This document shows positions 10,015 through 19,729 of a stretch of 64,000 nt of DNA, one piece after another. The notes below the pieces were generated by a model that worked only from the letters and a program-made list of their open reading frames with translations, had not been told where the DNA came from and searched no databases. Every line of letters begins with the position of its first letter. Positions within the stretch are counted from its first letter, which is position 1. The stretch is from a virus. Its lineage: Duplodnaviria; Caudoviricetes. The stretch lies in IMG/VR virus record IMGVR_UViG_3300011337_000669; one strand, written 5' to 3'. The translations under genes and the position numbers were made by a program.

Positions 10015-10844
10015 TACTGTGGAGGATTTACATATTCATACCATTTTATGGGAATGTTGGTTCCCACCCTTTGTCCACTTGTATTTACCACTTGGTAAGT
10101 TTGTGTATCATAATCAAGTTTAACCGTATAATAAAAAAACTGTGTGCTGTCAAAAGCATATTTGTTTCCTGTTAAATAAACCTGAGGTCCATTTGTTAAG
10201 TCCAATGGATTTGTACCTCTACCCGTCATCATTCTTGTGAATTGTCCAGTTTTAGCATTGAAAAACTTCGCGGACATATAGAATGTATTGATATTGAGGA
10301 AATTTCTTTTCTTTAACCAATAGATAAAAAATCCTTCTTTATCTCCAACATAATCCAAAACAAATTGTGGTTTTCTAATATTAACCAAAGTTCGTTGCAT
10401 TTGTGCCTCCATCATTAAACCTTGTTGTGTTGGTAATATTATTGTAAGATAATTAGTTTGTTGTTTCTCATCTGGAGTATCATAAAAGTCCAACTTGAAA
10501 AATGAATTGGAAAATACATCATTGTAGTAATAAACCTCTTGTGGTGTGAATCCTTCACTTAAATAATTGATTCTCCAATTACTTAGGTCATTCAGTGACC
10601 CACCAGAATAAAAATAAAATTCATAATTGATTAATGTATCATTCGTAGTTCCTGTGGCAGGCGCATGAGCAAATCTTGAAACCTCAAAATCTCTACCGGT
10701 ACCAATTACGTCTTTAATTACTTTGGTCTCATACTCATCAATCGCCAAGTCTAATCCCAAATAATCCCACTTGAGTTCCACAGGTATATTGATTTGTTTA
10801 TCAACACCAACATCTTGTCTAATTACAAATTTATTCACACTCAT
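10014..10844 (-). CDS. Hypothetical baseplate-region protein
   Basis: 276-aa ORF overlapping both neighbours within the operon. Confidence 0.7.
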   Translation of the reverse strand: MSVNKFVIRQDVGVDKQINIPVELKWDYLGLDLAIDEYETKVIKDVIGTGRDFEVSRFAHAPATGTTNDTLINYEFYFYSGGSLNDLSNWRINYLSEGFTPQEVYYYNDVFSNSFFKLDFYDTPDEKQQTNYLTIILPTQQGLMMEAQMQRTLVNIRKPQFVLDYVGDKEGFFIYWLKKRNFLNINTFYMSAKFFNAKTGQFTRMMTGRGTNPLDLTNGPQVYLTGNKYAFDSTQFFYYTVKLDYDTQTYQVVNTSGQRVGTNIPIKWYEYVNPPQ

Positions 10845-12528
10845 CTATCAGTGGTTTTATTGCAAAGTCAAATCCATCAAGATTATCGTTATAATTTATT
10901 CCTTCAGGAATCAATCTAAAAATTGACTGAGTATAAGGATAATGAGCAGAGTTTAAGTATGGATAATCAACACCACGTCCCAAATTGTCTATAAACCCAT
11001 AAGTATAAATATCCCTCCATCGAAACTGTTGGTCCTCAGTTGAATAAAATGCCCAACTCGGAACATTGTCAATCAACCCTAATTCCGCAGTTTCAATATA
11101 ATCCGAAAATACTTTCAACACCATTGAGTTGTGTGGTTTATAATAATATCCCGGTGAGTTTGTAGAAAAATTATTGGTAGTTTGAAATACAGTTTGATTG
11201 AACTTTATCTTATGGTAATATGGAGATACAACACGTTCAACTTGTTCATAGTCATTCCACTCACAAAAATCACCATCCATAATATCTCCAACTTTCAAAT
11301 CATCATTGTAATAAAATGTTTTTGTCGCACCATTGGTGAGAGTATATGCAGAAACAGGTATGCTTGTGTTTGACCTTTGATTATTCAAATCCCACCAAGG
11401 AGTTGGGGTTTTTGCCAAATTGAACCCCCATCCCTGTTTCAACCCAACACTGTTGAATGGCTGATTGAAATATCCCGAATATCCTTTGTTAACTATTGTT
11501 AAACTAATTTCATTCAATGGTCTTTTTTGATTGTCCAACAAACCCGCAAAGTTCAAATCATAGTTAGAAGTTACGTCATAAGTATTACTACTTGTCTTTT
11601 GAGATATTCTTGTAACATTGTTTGGTGTAATAGAACTGTATTCAAGTTTTTTTTCTTCTCCGAACACATTTTTTTCAAATCCCGCCTTAGTTATTGCAAG
11701 GTCAGTAAGGTTAGTTAAGACCTTATATTTCTTAACATAATATTTAGATCTTGTTTCAGTTAGATTGGCGGGGTTGATTACTCTTCGAAATGTTCCAATT
11801 GTACCATTATTAAAGGTAGATCCTGTAAATCCAATATTAAATAGATTGAAAACATGTGTATCGCTTCCAAGTAATCCATTACCAATGGTATATACCTGAA
11901 ATATATTAGAACCCCTATAAGTCAAAGATAACTCAACATATTCTCCCGTAGTTAATCCATGAGGAGCAACACAGACAAATGAAACCAAACCATTGCCATT
12001 TTGTGTACTATTAACTATTGAAAATGGTATTCCACTAGACGCAATCCAGTTGACATCATTATTTGTTGTCGAGTAGTATGTTAATTGTCTATTACTATCA
12101 TTCTCGTACGGGTATGTTAAGTAATACGTCCAATTATAAGTGTAGGCACTTTTTGCTTTGTACTGGAAGTGATTGTCACCTATATTAGGTCTATAAAAAT
12201 CAAACTCGTAATACTGAGGAAACCCTCTCCATATACCACTTTGTTTTGAAGAGATAGGGTCGGTATAATAAAGATTATATTGAAACGGTAAATAAGTTGT
12301 TGTACCAGTATAAGTATTGTCATACAAATACGTAACCTTGAATGTTGGTCTAAATATCGTACTTGTCTGTCGTTCATCATCATAAATCTGAGCCAAATTC
12401 AAGGTCGAAGCCCTATCATATTCAGTGAGTTCTTGACTCTGTTCCTGAAGCGTTACCGAAAGTTCCTCATCTATTGATGGAGCTCCTTTATATCTAAGCC
12501 CACTCGGTATTATTGTATACTTATTCAT
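10831..12528 (-). CDS. Hypothetical baseplate-region protein
   Basis: 565-aa ORF overlapping both neighbours. Confidence 0.7.
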   Translation of the reverse strand: MNKYTIIPSGLRYKGAPSIDEELSVTLQEQSQELTEYDRASTLNLAQIYDDERQTSTIFRPTFKVTYLYDNTYTGTTTYLPFQYNLYYTDPISSKQSGIWRGFPQYYEFDFYRPNIGDNHFQYKAKSAYTYNWTYYLTYPYENDSNRQLTYYSTTNNDVNWIASSGIPFSIVNSTQNGNGLVSFVCVAPHGLTTGEYVELSLTYRGSNIFQVYTIGNGLLGSDTHVFNLFNIGFTGSTFNNGTIGTFRRVINPANLTETRSKYYVKKYKVLTNLTDLAITKAGFEKNVFGEEKKLEYSSITPNNVTRISQKTSSNTYDVTSNYDLNFAGLLDNQKRPLNEISLTIVNKGYSGYFNQPFNSVGLKQGWGFNLAKTPTPWWDLNNQRSNTSIPVSAYTLTNGATKTFYYNDDLKVGDIMDGDFCEWNDYEQVERVVSPYYHKIKFNQTVFQTTNNFSTNSPGYYYKPHNSMVLKVFSDYIETAELGLIDNVPSWAFYSTEDQQFRWRDIYTYGFIDNLGRGVDYPYLNSAHYPYTQSIFRLIPEGINYNDNLDGFDFAIKPLIDECE

Positions 12529-15500
12529 CTACAGAATACTTTGTTTTGAATTTATCCAAAGCGGTTTGTCCAACAATAGTTCCAAAATAAAATTGGAATG
12601 GTGCACCAACCACAAATTTTTGTTTCAATGCTCCCGTTGCGGTATATTGCCCATCCCCAACAGTTCCATTAACATTAAAAATATATCCACGAGCATTCAA
12701 ATCATTTGACATAAAATTAGACCCCAAGAAATAAGGAGTGTCTGTAGAATATCTATCTAAAGACTGATATCTAGTATTCTGAGTAATGTCAGATGAAGAT
12801 GTCGCCCAATTGTTATATTGGTTTCCGAATATCAAATTTGTGTTTGCTAATTTCCATTGATAAAAAGGAACTTGTTGGGATTTAATTCCATATGGATATG
12901 GATAATAACCAATATCATCACTACCTCTAAAATTGATTCGTCCTGGTGTCAAATAATCTTTTGTCTGCAAATCTTCTGTAGTAGATGAAAACCAAACCGC
13001 AATTGTTGGATCCTTTGCAGTTCCTAAAATTTGTGTAGGTGGATTTGTATCTCCTGAAAAAATATCATAATATTCTGGAGAAAAATTAATATTACCAATT
13101 TCACTATTAATTGACATCAGTTGTGCTAAATCTCCATCTATTCTTCTGTTATCCCCATCTCTTGAAAATAACTGATTAATTGAATTATCTCCCAAAGGAA
13201 TCAATTGTTGCAGGAAATTTTCATCAGTAATTCTTGATATGACAAATAAATTAACCAAGTCAGATGTATCCCCATAACTTGTCGGACTAATATTTGGTAG
13301 TATAAACCCTCGAGTTGATGAATCAAAAGTTATCTCAGAATAGAAATAATCTTTCATACCTAAATTGATAATAGTCGTTGGGAATAATAAATTCAAATCA
13401 TTTACACTCCCATCATTGTTTGTTTTTTTACCAACAAATCTATTAGTATTAAAATTATAAGGACTACTTCTATAATAGAAGTTATTACTGTCTCTATTAT
13501 AATAAATTACATCTTCACAAAATCTAACTTGGCTTACCTTATTTTGTTTATTATAGAATGTATCAACTTGGATAGGGAAAAAATATAAGGAACCATTAAC
13601 CCAATTGTTCATAAATGATTGTGATAGAACTCCTCTACACAGACCGTAAAAAAATCTAAATCTGAAAGCCCATTCTCCAAAGTTTCCAAGATCTTTAGCC
13701 AAATCCAAACCGGGTCTCCTCATAAAAATGTAACAACCTTTTTCAACCGCATCTTTAGTTGTACACTCCTGATTAACTTCAAAGTTATCACCAAAACCTG
13801 TATAACAATCCAATCCAACCATATTCTCACAATCAAAACTTGATAAAACAGTTACTTCATTTGGTAATCCTTCTAAATCTGCGGTAACGATTTCCGCACC
13901 AGTTGCATATCCAACCAAAGCATCAGGTTGATCTAGCTCAGGTATATCGTAGAAAATAAAATTGTTATTCTGTTGTAACAAAGCTGGATTTGTAGTCCAA
14001 GCACTACCGTTCAACGCATCGGATGAAGGTAGCCTATCAGTTCTCATTACATTGTTAATCTTGGATGAGATTGGCATCGGAGATCCAGTTAATTGAGGAT
14101 ACGCATTGGGAGTGAAATATTGGAACCTCACATCTCCATACCCAAAACTTAGCCCCGCAGTGATGTTAGCAAATATGTACGATGCACCAGAAACATCTTC
14201 AGATAAATCATATTTTGCAGCGTTTTGAGTCGATGAGTAAAAATCATTATTAGTTGTTGATACCATACCAATCACGCCCCCAATATTTCTTTGATTCAAT
14301 CGATTGGTATTAAATGTGGAATCTAAACTACCATAATACCCAACAGTTGAAGTTGTGAACCCACTGAATTCACTTCCAGCCTGAAAGAAATAAGATGGGT
14401 AAAACATCCCACTTTGAGTGAAAGGTTGAACCGAAATATTTGTCTGAGTCATCTTTTGAATAGGTATATTCAATCTAGTCGTCGCAGTTATTGTTAAACT
14501 TGAATCATCTATGTTTTTACCGAAAATTCTACCGAGTTTATACTCATTAGTATACTTTGGGGAATACGGGTCAACTCCTCTCTGAAGAATGAGTATGTAT
14601 TGGGTATCTATATTTTCTAAAACTGAAAGTGGACTAATTAACGTTCCATCATCATCCCTATATCCTGTTATAGGGGTAGTTCTTCTCTTTGCTAAAAATA
14701 TTCTTGATGGAGCACTCAAAACATTTGGAAATGTTTCTATATTACTTGTATCCCATATTTTAATTGCTTCTGATATTGTTATCGCAGTAACAACTTGGAA
14801 ATATTCTCTATCCTGTGGATATTGTTGACGAGTCACAGTACTACCTGTTGGTAATGAATACGAAACACTGCCATCTGTCAATTCAGTTAATGCATAATTT
14901 ACTGTTACATTTGTTGACCCTTGTATTGTAGTTCCTGTAATACCATTTACCAACCCATTATCAGATTGAGTTACATATAGGAAATTTTTATCGGTAGATG
15001 TTGAAGGGTTTACTGTTGTTAACAATTGACCTGATTCATAAAATTGGTTTGCCAAAACAGTTACAGTATTGTCAAAATGATATTTACCTATGTTTGTATT
15101 GTTAGAAAACGTCACTTTGATTTTATTCAAATCTTCAAAATATGATTTTCTTGTGTTAAATAAATTTATTCTTTCTCCCAAAGTGAGACTTTTAGCATAT
15201 GCGAAATGTTTCTTCTCATCAGATTCATCAGATAAGAATCGAACGACTTGTGATACCGGTGTTTTGAATATATTCAAATCAGTTACAGAATCATTATTAC
15301 CTGCAATAGCCTCCGAATAAATTAATGATTTCAACTGAACGTCTTCTGATGGTGTTCCATCGGCACCAAATAAAGACTGTAGTCCGTCATAATAACTTGT
15401 TGGTGAAGAAACATATGTTAATGCCCCATTGGTCCCTCCCAAAAGAGCGGTGGATTCTACGTTTGTCTCTTTACAAGTACATGACTGGCAATCCGGATAT

Positions 15501-17233
15501 GTTAACATTGGTAGCCGAACTAAAAAACTTTTCGTTTCACAACTCAATCTTAAAGCGTTACAAATAAACCCAAAAGGTCTTATTCCAAAAATTTTTATCC
15601 CACACAAGAAACACAACGCTCTTATAACCGTTGTGTAAATAAAAAGCAAAAGGTGTGCAACAACTAAAAGAACCGAACCAACGAATTGAATTACCGTAAA
15701 AATTATTGAAAATAAGAAATACAATAAATCGAAATTTTTGAACCCATCATTTACAGGAAACTTATTGACGGTACTAGAACAGGTATCATCATCAATTTCT
15801 TTAATACCAATAAATCTTCCTCGCCCACCTTTCTTATATTGGTCAATCAATGAGGAAATAGTATAAACTCGATTGAATTGAAACTCATAGAATGTGTCTT
15901 CACAATCGATTATTTCGTTCAATATATCTATCTGTTCTGACCCTGTGAACCCATTCGTATATCCACTCCATGCTAACCCGAAATAATATGAACTTTCTTG
16001 TATATCTTTTCTTGTTTGGTCTCCCGAGTTTGTCGGGTCTGAAAGTGGATTATTCCATCCATACTCTTTTACGTTTGGAACCAAATAACTTGGTCTTCTT
16101 GTTTGAATTGTTAAATCATTTGGCTGTGTCCATTTAATTTTGAATCTATACTTGGCTTTGCTTGGAATCCCAATAGTCGAATCATTTGACAAAACTCTTT
16201 CACCAAATTCATTGGTAACTATGTAATCCATATTCATTGGTAACTCAGTTAACCAAGTTCCATCACCATCAATAATGTTTCCCGCTTGTTCCAACTCAAA
16301 AACTTCCAAAACAGGATTACCATCCTCATCTTGTTGAACAGTTTGTCTAATTGCTAATATTTGACCTGGACCTGAAGTTAAATCACATAGGTTCCCTAAA
16401 TTATCTTTAGGTTTGCAATTTTTTCTAATCCTAAATTTATCAGGGGAAGAAAACATAGACCCCATAAAAACGGAAGTTGGCTGAATGTCTACATTTGCGT
16501 CATCTCGTAAATCAAAATCTAATCTATTGATTGATATATCACATATTTCAGGGTCTCCCCATAAAGGCGATATTTCCGCGTTTTTTGTTAGGTTAATGAT
16601 TTGTGGTAAAGAGTTCAAATCATTTGATGTTCGAAATCTGTTGCCTGCAACTTGTGCTTCAGTTGCTAATCCCATTCTAATTAAATCTTGTGGTGTTAAG
16701 GAGAACTCACCTATGTCTGAAAGGTCAACATCCATCACAATGGTCTGTTCTCCAAGTGGAACACCCATAATCATGTAATCCCCACTATCATTAGTTTTTG
16801 TTGTAAACCTATAATACTTGTCGTAGATTTCTACCGCAGTACTCCCTGTTAGAACATCAGATTTTGTTGGTAATGTTCCAGTTGCCGCATGTTTTGAATA
16901 AGAAGGAGTATATGGTAATAAATTATATCGGTACCCATCATCATTTTTGTCACTTGGTGATTTGTATGGGTAGATACTTGTAATTATTGGATTAGATTCA
17001 TCAACCTGTTCAATAGGTATGAATATAGAAACTCTGGCATTTGGTACTCCAAATCCATTGTTTGCGGTGACTCTACCAACTAAAACACCATAATCAGCAC
17101 AACTTCTTGTGTAGATATCTGTTTGTTGTATTTTAAGAGATAAAATTTCTAAGAACTCAAACTCTTGGTCTAATTGTACATTAATTGATTTGTTAATCCC
17201 AAGTTCGGTTCTAATTCTATATGAATCACCCAT
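12521..17233 (-). CDS. Large structural-module protein with N-terminal carboxypeptidase-regulatory-like (prealbumin-fold) domain and an internal hydrophobic segment
   Basis: 1570 aa. GVLVGRVTANNGFGVPNARVSI...TTKTNDSGDYMIMGVPLGEQTI fits that fold. Hydrophobic run LLYFLFSIIFTVIQFVGSVLLVVAHLLLFIYTTVI. Confidence 0.6.
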   Translation of the reverse strand: MGDSYRIRTELGINKSINVQLDQEFEFLEILSLKIQQTDIYTRSCADYGVLVGRVTANNGFGVPNARVSIFIPIEQVDESNPIITSIYPYKSPSDKNDDGYRYNLLPYTPSYSKHAATGTLPTKSDVLTGSTAVEIYDKYYRFTTKTNDSGDYMIMGVPLGEQTIVMDVDLSDIGEFSLTPQDLIRMGLATEAQVAGNRFRTSNDLNSLPQIINLTKNAEISPLWGDPEICDISINRLDFDLRDDANVDIQPTSVFMGSMFSSPDKFRIRKNCKPKDNLGNLCDLTSGPGQILAIRQTVQQDEDGNPVLEVFELEQAGNIIDGDGTWLTELPMNMDYIVTNEFGERVLSNDSTIGIPSKAKYRFKIKWTQPNDLTIQTRRPSYLVPNVKEYGWNNPLSDPTNSGDQTRKDIQESSYYFGLAWSGYTNGFTGSEQIDILNEIIDCEDTFYEFQFNRVYTISSLIDQYKKGGRGRFIGIKEIDDDTCSSTVNKFPVNDGFKNFDLLYFLFSIIFTVIQFVGSVLLVVAHLLLFIYTTVIRALCFLCGIKIFGIRPFGFICNALRLSCETKSFLVRLPMLTYPDCQSCTCKETNVESTALLGGTNGALTYVSSPTSYYDGLQSLFGADGTPSEDVQLKSLIYSEAIAGNNDSVTDLNIFKTPVSQVVRFLSDESDEKKHFAYAKSLTLGERINLFNTRKSYFEDLNKIKVTFSNNTNIGKYHFDNTVTVLANQFYESGQLLTTVNPSTSTDKNFLYVTQSDNGLVNGITGTTIQGSTNVTVNYALTELTDGSVSYSLPTGSTVTRQQYPQDREYFQVVTAITISEAIKIWDTSNIETFPNVLSAPSRIFLAKRRTTPITGYRDDDGTLISPLSVLENIDTQYILILQRGVDPYSPKYTNEYKLGRIFGKNIDDSSLTITATTRLNIPIQKMTQTNISVQPFTQSGMFYPSYFFQAGSEFSGFTTSTVGYYGSLDSTFNTNRLNQRNIGGVIGMVSTTNNDFYSSTQNAAKYDLSEDVSGASYIFANITAGLSFGYGDVRFQYFTPNAYPQLTGSPMPISSKINNVMRTDRLPSSDALNGSAWTTNPALLQQNNNFIFYDIPELDQPDALVGYATGAEIVTADLEGLPNEVTVLSSFDCENMVGLDCYTGFGDNFEVNQECTTKDAVEKGCYIFMRRPGLDLAKDLGNFGEWAFRFRFFYGLCRGVLSQSFMNNWVNGSLYFFPIQVDTFYNKQNKVSQVRFCEDVIYYNRDSNNFYYRSSPYNFNTNRFVGKKTNNDGSVNDLNLLFPTTIINLGMKDYFYSEITFDSSTRGFILPNISPTSYGDTSDLVNLFVISRITDENFLQQLIPLGDNSINQLFSRDGDNRRIDGDLAQLMSINSEIGNINFSPEYYDIFSGDTNPPTQILGTAKDPTIAVWFSSTTEDLQTKDYLTPGRINFRGSDDIGYYPYPYGIKSQQVPFYQWKLANTNLIFGNQYNNWATSSSDITQNTRYQSLDRYSTDTPYFLGSNFMSNDLNARGYIFNVNGTVGDGQYTATGALKQKFVVGAPFQFYFGTIVGQTALDKFKTKYSVDE

Positions 17234-17331
17234 GTAATATCTTTAGTTTATAAATAGTTTATGTGTAATTTTTAAGAATCAAATAGACACACATAGTAAA
17301 TTATAAACCAAAGATTAGGATAATAAACCTA

Positions 17332-19170
17332 TTAAGAGAATGTAGTGGATTGGAAGTTTACTACTGAAACTTTAATATCCTTACTTGGATATCTTATTTG
17401 GTATACTTGGGAAGGTTGTGCAAAAATTGTATCCGCAACTGGCGCAATTTGTCTTGTTTCAGGATCGGAATATTGCATAGATGTTTCTGCCGAAGAATAT
17501 TGACCCCCAACATTATTGAAAACTTTTATTCCTGCGACAGTAAGAACACCATTTTGGTTTTGTACAATACTCTGTATTTCAGACAAATAAACATTTTGTC
17601 CCAATTCTCTTACCTGTGGATTGAAGTAAGTTGAAATTCTATCTACAACATCAGCAATAACTTGTCCTGAGTTCTGCGCTGAGGTTAATACAATCGATAC
17701 TTCCAAACTTAAGTCAATAACCTCTGCAGTAAAAATAGATATGTAATCATTCATCATCCTATAGTTCGACAGATAAGTTGCGACATTTTGCTTCAAAGTA
17801 TTAGAAACAATGTTTGTCAATTTTCCTGAAGTATCATAAGATAACAATTGAATTAAAATTTTATTGTTATTTTCTGTAACGGAAACTTTTGCAGGTGCCC
17901 CAAACTCTGATGGCATGTTTCTGATAATAGATTCATAATCTTGAACTGTAACAGCTCTTTTCTGTGCTGAGAAGTTGAATGAAACGTAATTTCTAATTTC
18001 TTCTAAAGAAGGTAATCCAGCCCCGCCAATCGCTGCGGTTACGTTATTACATCTTAAAGAATTAACTACCGATGAATTTGTAAGTTCCGATGGTCCATTA
18101 ACAAAGAAAGATACGGTACCAATTTGAGTAATAACATTTGTACCCAAGTTAGTCCCTAATCCACCACCCACTCGGTATTGAACAAATAAAGTTGAATTCG
18201 GTGTTAAAGCTGAACCTAAAGATAAATTGTTTGAATATCTTTGTAAGTCTATTGTCGCTCCTAATGTTGTGAATTGATTCAAAGCATCTTGAGCAGTATT
18301 GGTTCCTCCACCAAAAGTTAATTTCTTAAATCCTTCGGGAGTATATTCACTAATGAATCTATTTTGTGTTTGAATATATCGACCAACTTTGATACCAGGT
18401 TGATCAGATACTTTTGTCGGGTCTTCAATGAAAACTCTATCTTCAGCAAGTGCATCCACCTCATACCATTTATTAGAAACTCCTAAGAATTCCGCAGTTG
18501 TAGGTATATTTGTATATGAAGTACCACTCTTAAGTAAGACACTTGTAATTCCCAAAACATTTTTTTCAGGTAAGAATAATTCAAAAAATGGTTTTACATC
18601 ATTTGGAGTAATAACTCGTTTGAAAACTTTAGTAATACCGTTAACCACTAATTCTCTTTTGGTTATAGTATAATTCACCAAAACATTGTTCGCATTGAAG
18701 TTAGGAACCTTAAGTCTATTAGGAAATCCTTGAGCGTTGTATGGTGATGTAAAATCAACATCATATATATTCTCAAAAACAATACCCGCACCTGAAACTT
18801 GTGAACCTCTCGATAAAATTCCAAGATATCTTTCATCTTCTTTATCACCGAAGGCTGGTACCGTAATTGAAAAATCTACTAAAGATACTGATGGTCTTTG
18901 CCCAGGTAGTTTCAACCCATAGGTTCTTGCAATATTATATATTGAAGACCTTTGTTGCGCATATTGTAGTACTGTTTCTTGAATACTTCTATCTATATGA
19001 TAGTGTAGGTTGTCAGCAACCGCAGCATTCAAGTCTAAAAATACAGAGAATACAGATGCATCATTAAAATCTTGTATCAGTTCAGGATAATATGTCCTTA
19101 CATAATTCAGTAACTCAGTTCTTATCCCCTGATAATCTCTAGTTGTATATGAAATTTTACGATTTGCCAT
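17332..19170 (-). CDS. Baseplate wedge subunit (T4 gp6 / baseplate J-like)
   Basis: N-terminal YTTRDYQGIRTELLNYVRTYYPELIQDF, plus VQYRVGGG, AAIGG and QKRAVTVQDY motifs. Follows the gp25-like gene. Confidence 0.88.
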   Translation of the reverse strand: MANRKISYTTRDYQGIRTELLNYVRTYYPELIQDFNDASVFSVFLDLNAAVADNLHYHIDRSIQETVLQYAQQRSSIYNIARTYGLKLPGQRPSVSLVDFSITVPAFGDKEDERYLGILSRGSQVSGAGIVFENIYDVDFTSPYNAQGFPNRLKVPNFNANNVLVNYTITKRELVVNGITKVFKRVITPNDVKPFFELFLPEKNVLGITSVLLKSGTSYTNIPTTAEFLGVSNKWYEVDALAEDRVFIEDPTKVSDQPGIKVGRYIQTQNRFISEYTPEGFKKLTFGGGTNTAQDALNQFTTLGATIDLQRYSNNLSLGSALTPNSTLFVQYRVGGGLGTNLGTNVITQIGTVSFFVNGPSELTNSSVVNSLRCNNVTAAIGGAGLPSLEEIRNYVSFNFSAQKRAVTVQDYESIIRNMPSEFGAPAKVSVTENNNKILIQLLSYDTSGKLTNIVSNTLKQNVATYLSNYRMMNDYISIFTAEVIDLSLEVSIVLTSAQNSGQVIADVVDRISTYFNPQVRELGQNVYLSEIQSIVQNQNGVLTVAGIKVFNNVGGQYSSAETSMQYSDPETRQIAPVADTIFAQPSQVYQIRYPSKDIKVSVVNFQSTTFS

Positions 19171-19175
19171 CTATA

Positions 19176-19646
19176 TTAAATATTAATAATAACAAAATCA
19201 CTTTGAGCAAAAGTTGATCTGTTATTTGAGTAATCTATTCTAATTTTTGCAGTATATTCTGAAGTACCTTTTCCCGGTAATCTGTAAATTGGAGATTCAC
19301 TTGTGCCAATAGTATTTTCACCTATCATAGTATCAACTTCTTCCATTGGGTCAGCTGGTGTAATTGTTATTTGATTCAATAAAAGATTCGGCATAAATTG
19401 TTGAACCGCTTCTCTAATGTCTGATTGAATTGCATCAAAAGTCAAACCATCAAATGGTTCGAATAAGAATTCGTATAATCTAGTACCAAATTCAGGCAAA
19501 TAATATCTACTTCCTTTTCTTGTTAAAAGTAAGTGAATCAAATCAGATTTTACCTGTTGAGCTTCTAACTGGGTAAGTTCTAAAAAATCACCTCGTCTCG
19601 AATCTCTGAATGGAAAATTAATACCATATGTAACTCCGTTTGCCAT
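19176..19646 (-). CDS. Baseplate wedge protein gp25/GPW-like
   Basis: QVKSDLIHLLLTRKGSRYYLPEFGTRLYEFLFEP is the gp25 family signature. Confidence 0.9.
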   Translation of the reverse strand: MANGVTYGINFPFRDSRRGDFLELTQLEAQQVKSDLIHLLLTRKGSRYYLPEFGTRLYEFLFEPFDGLTFDAIQSDIREAVQQFMPNLLLNQITITPADPMEEVDTMIGENTIGTSESPIYRLPGKGTSEYTAKIRIDYSNNRSTFAQSDFVIINI

Positions 19647-19693
19647 AAAGATAAATATAAGTCCCTTGTTTTTCCTTATAAATAGCCCAAAAT

Positions 19694-19719
19694 AAAAAAT
19701 CCCGATATATATCGGGATT
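19694..19719 (-). terminator. Intrinsic terminator after nrdA
   Basis: Stem aatcccgat/atcgggatt with 4-nt loop, followed by a T-run on the minus strand. Confidence 0.85.
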
Positions 19720-19729
19720 AATTATTTAA

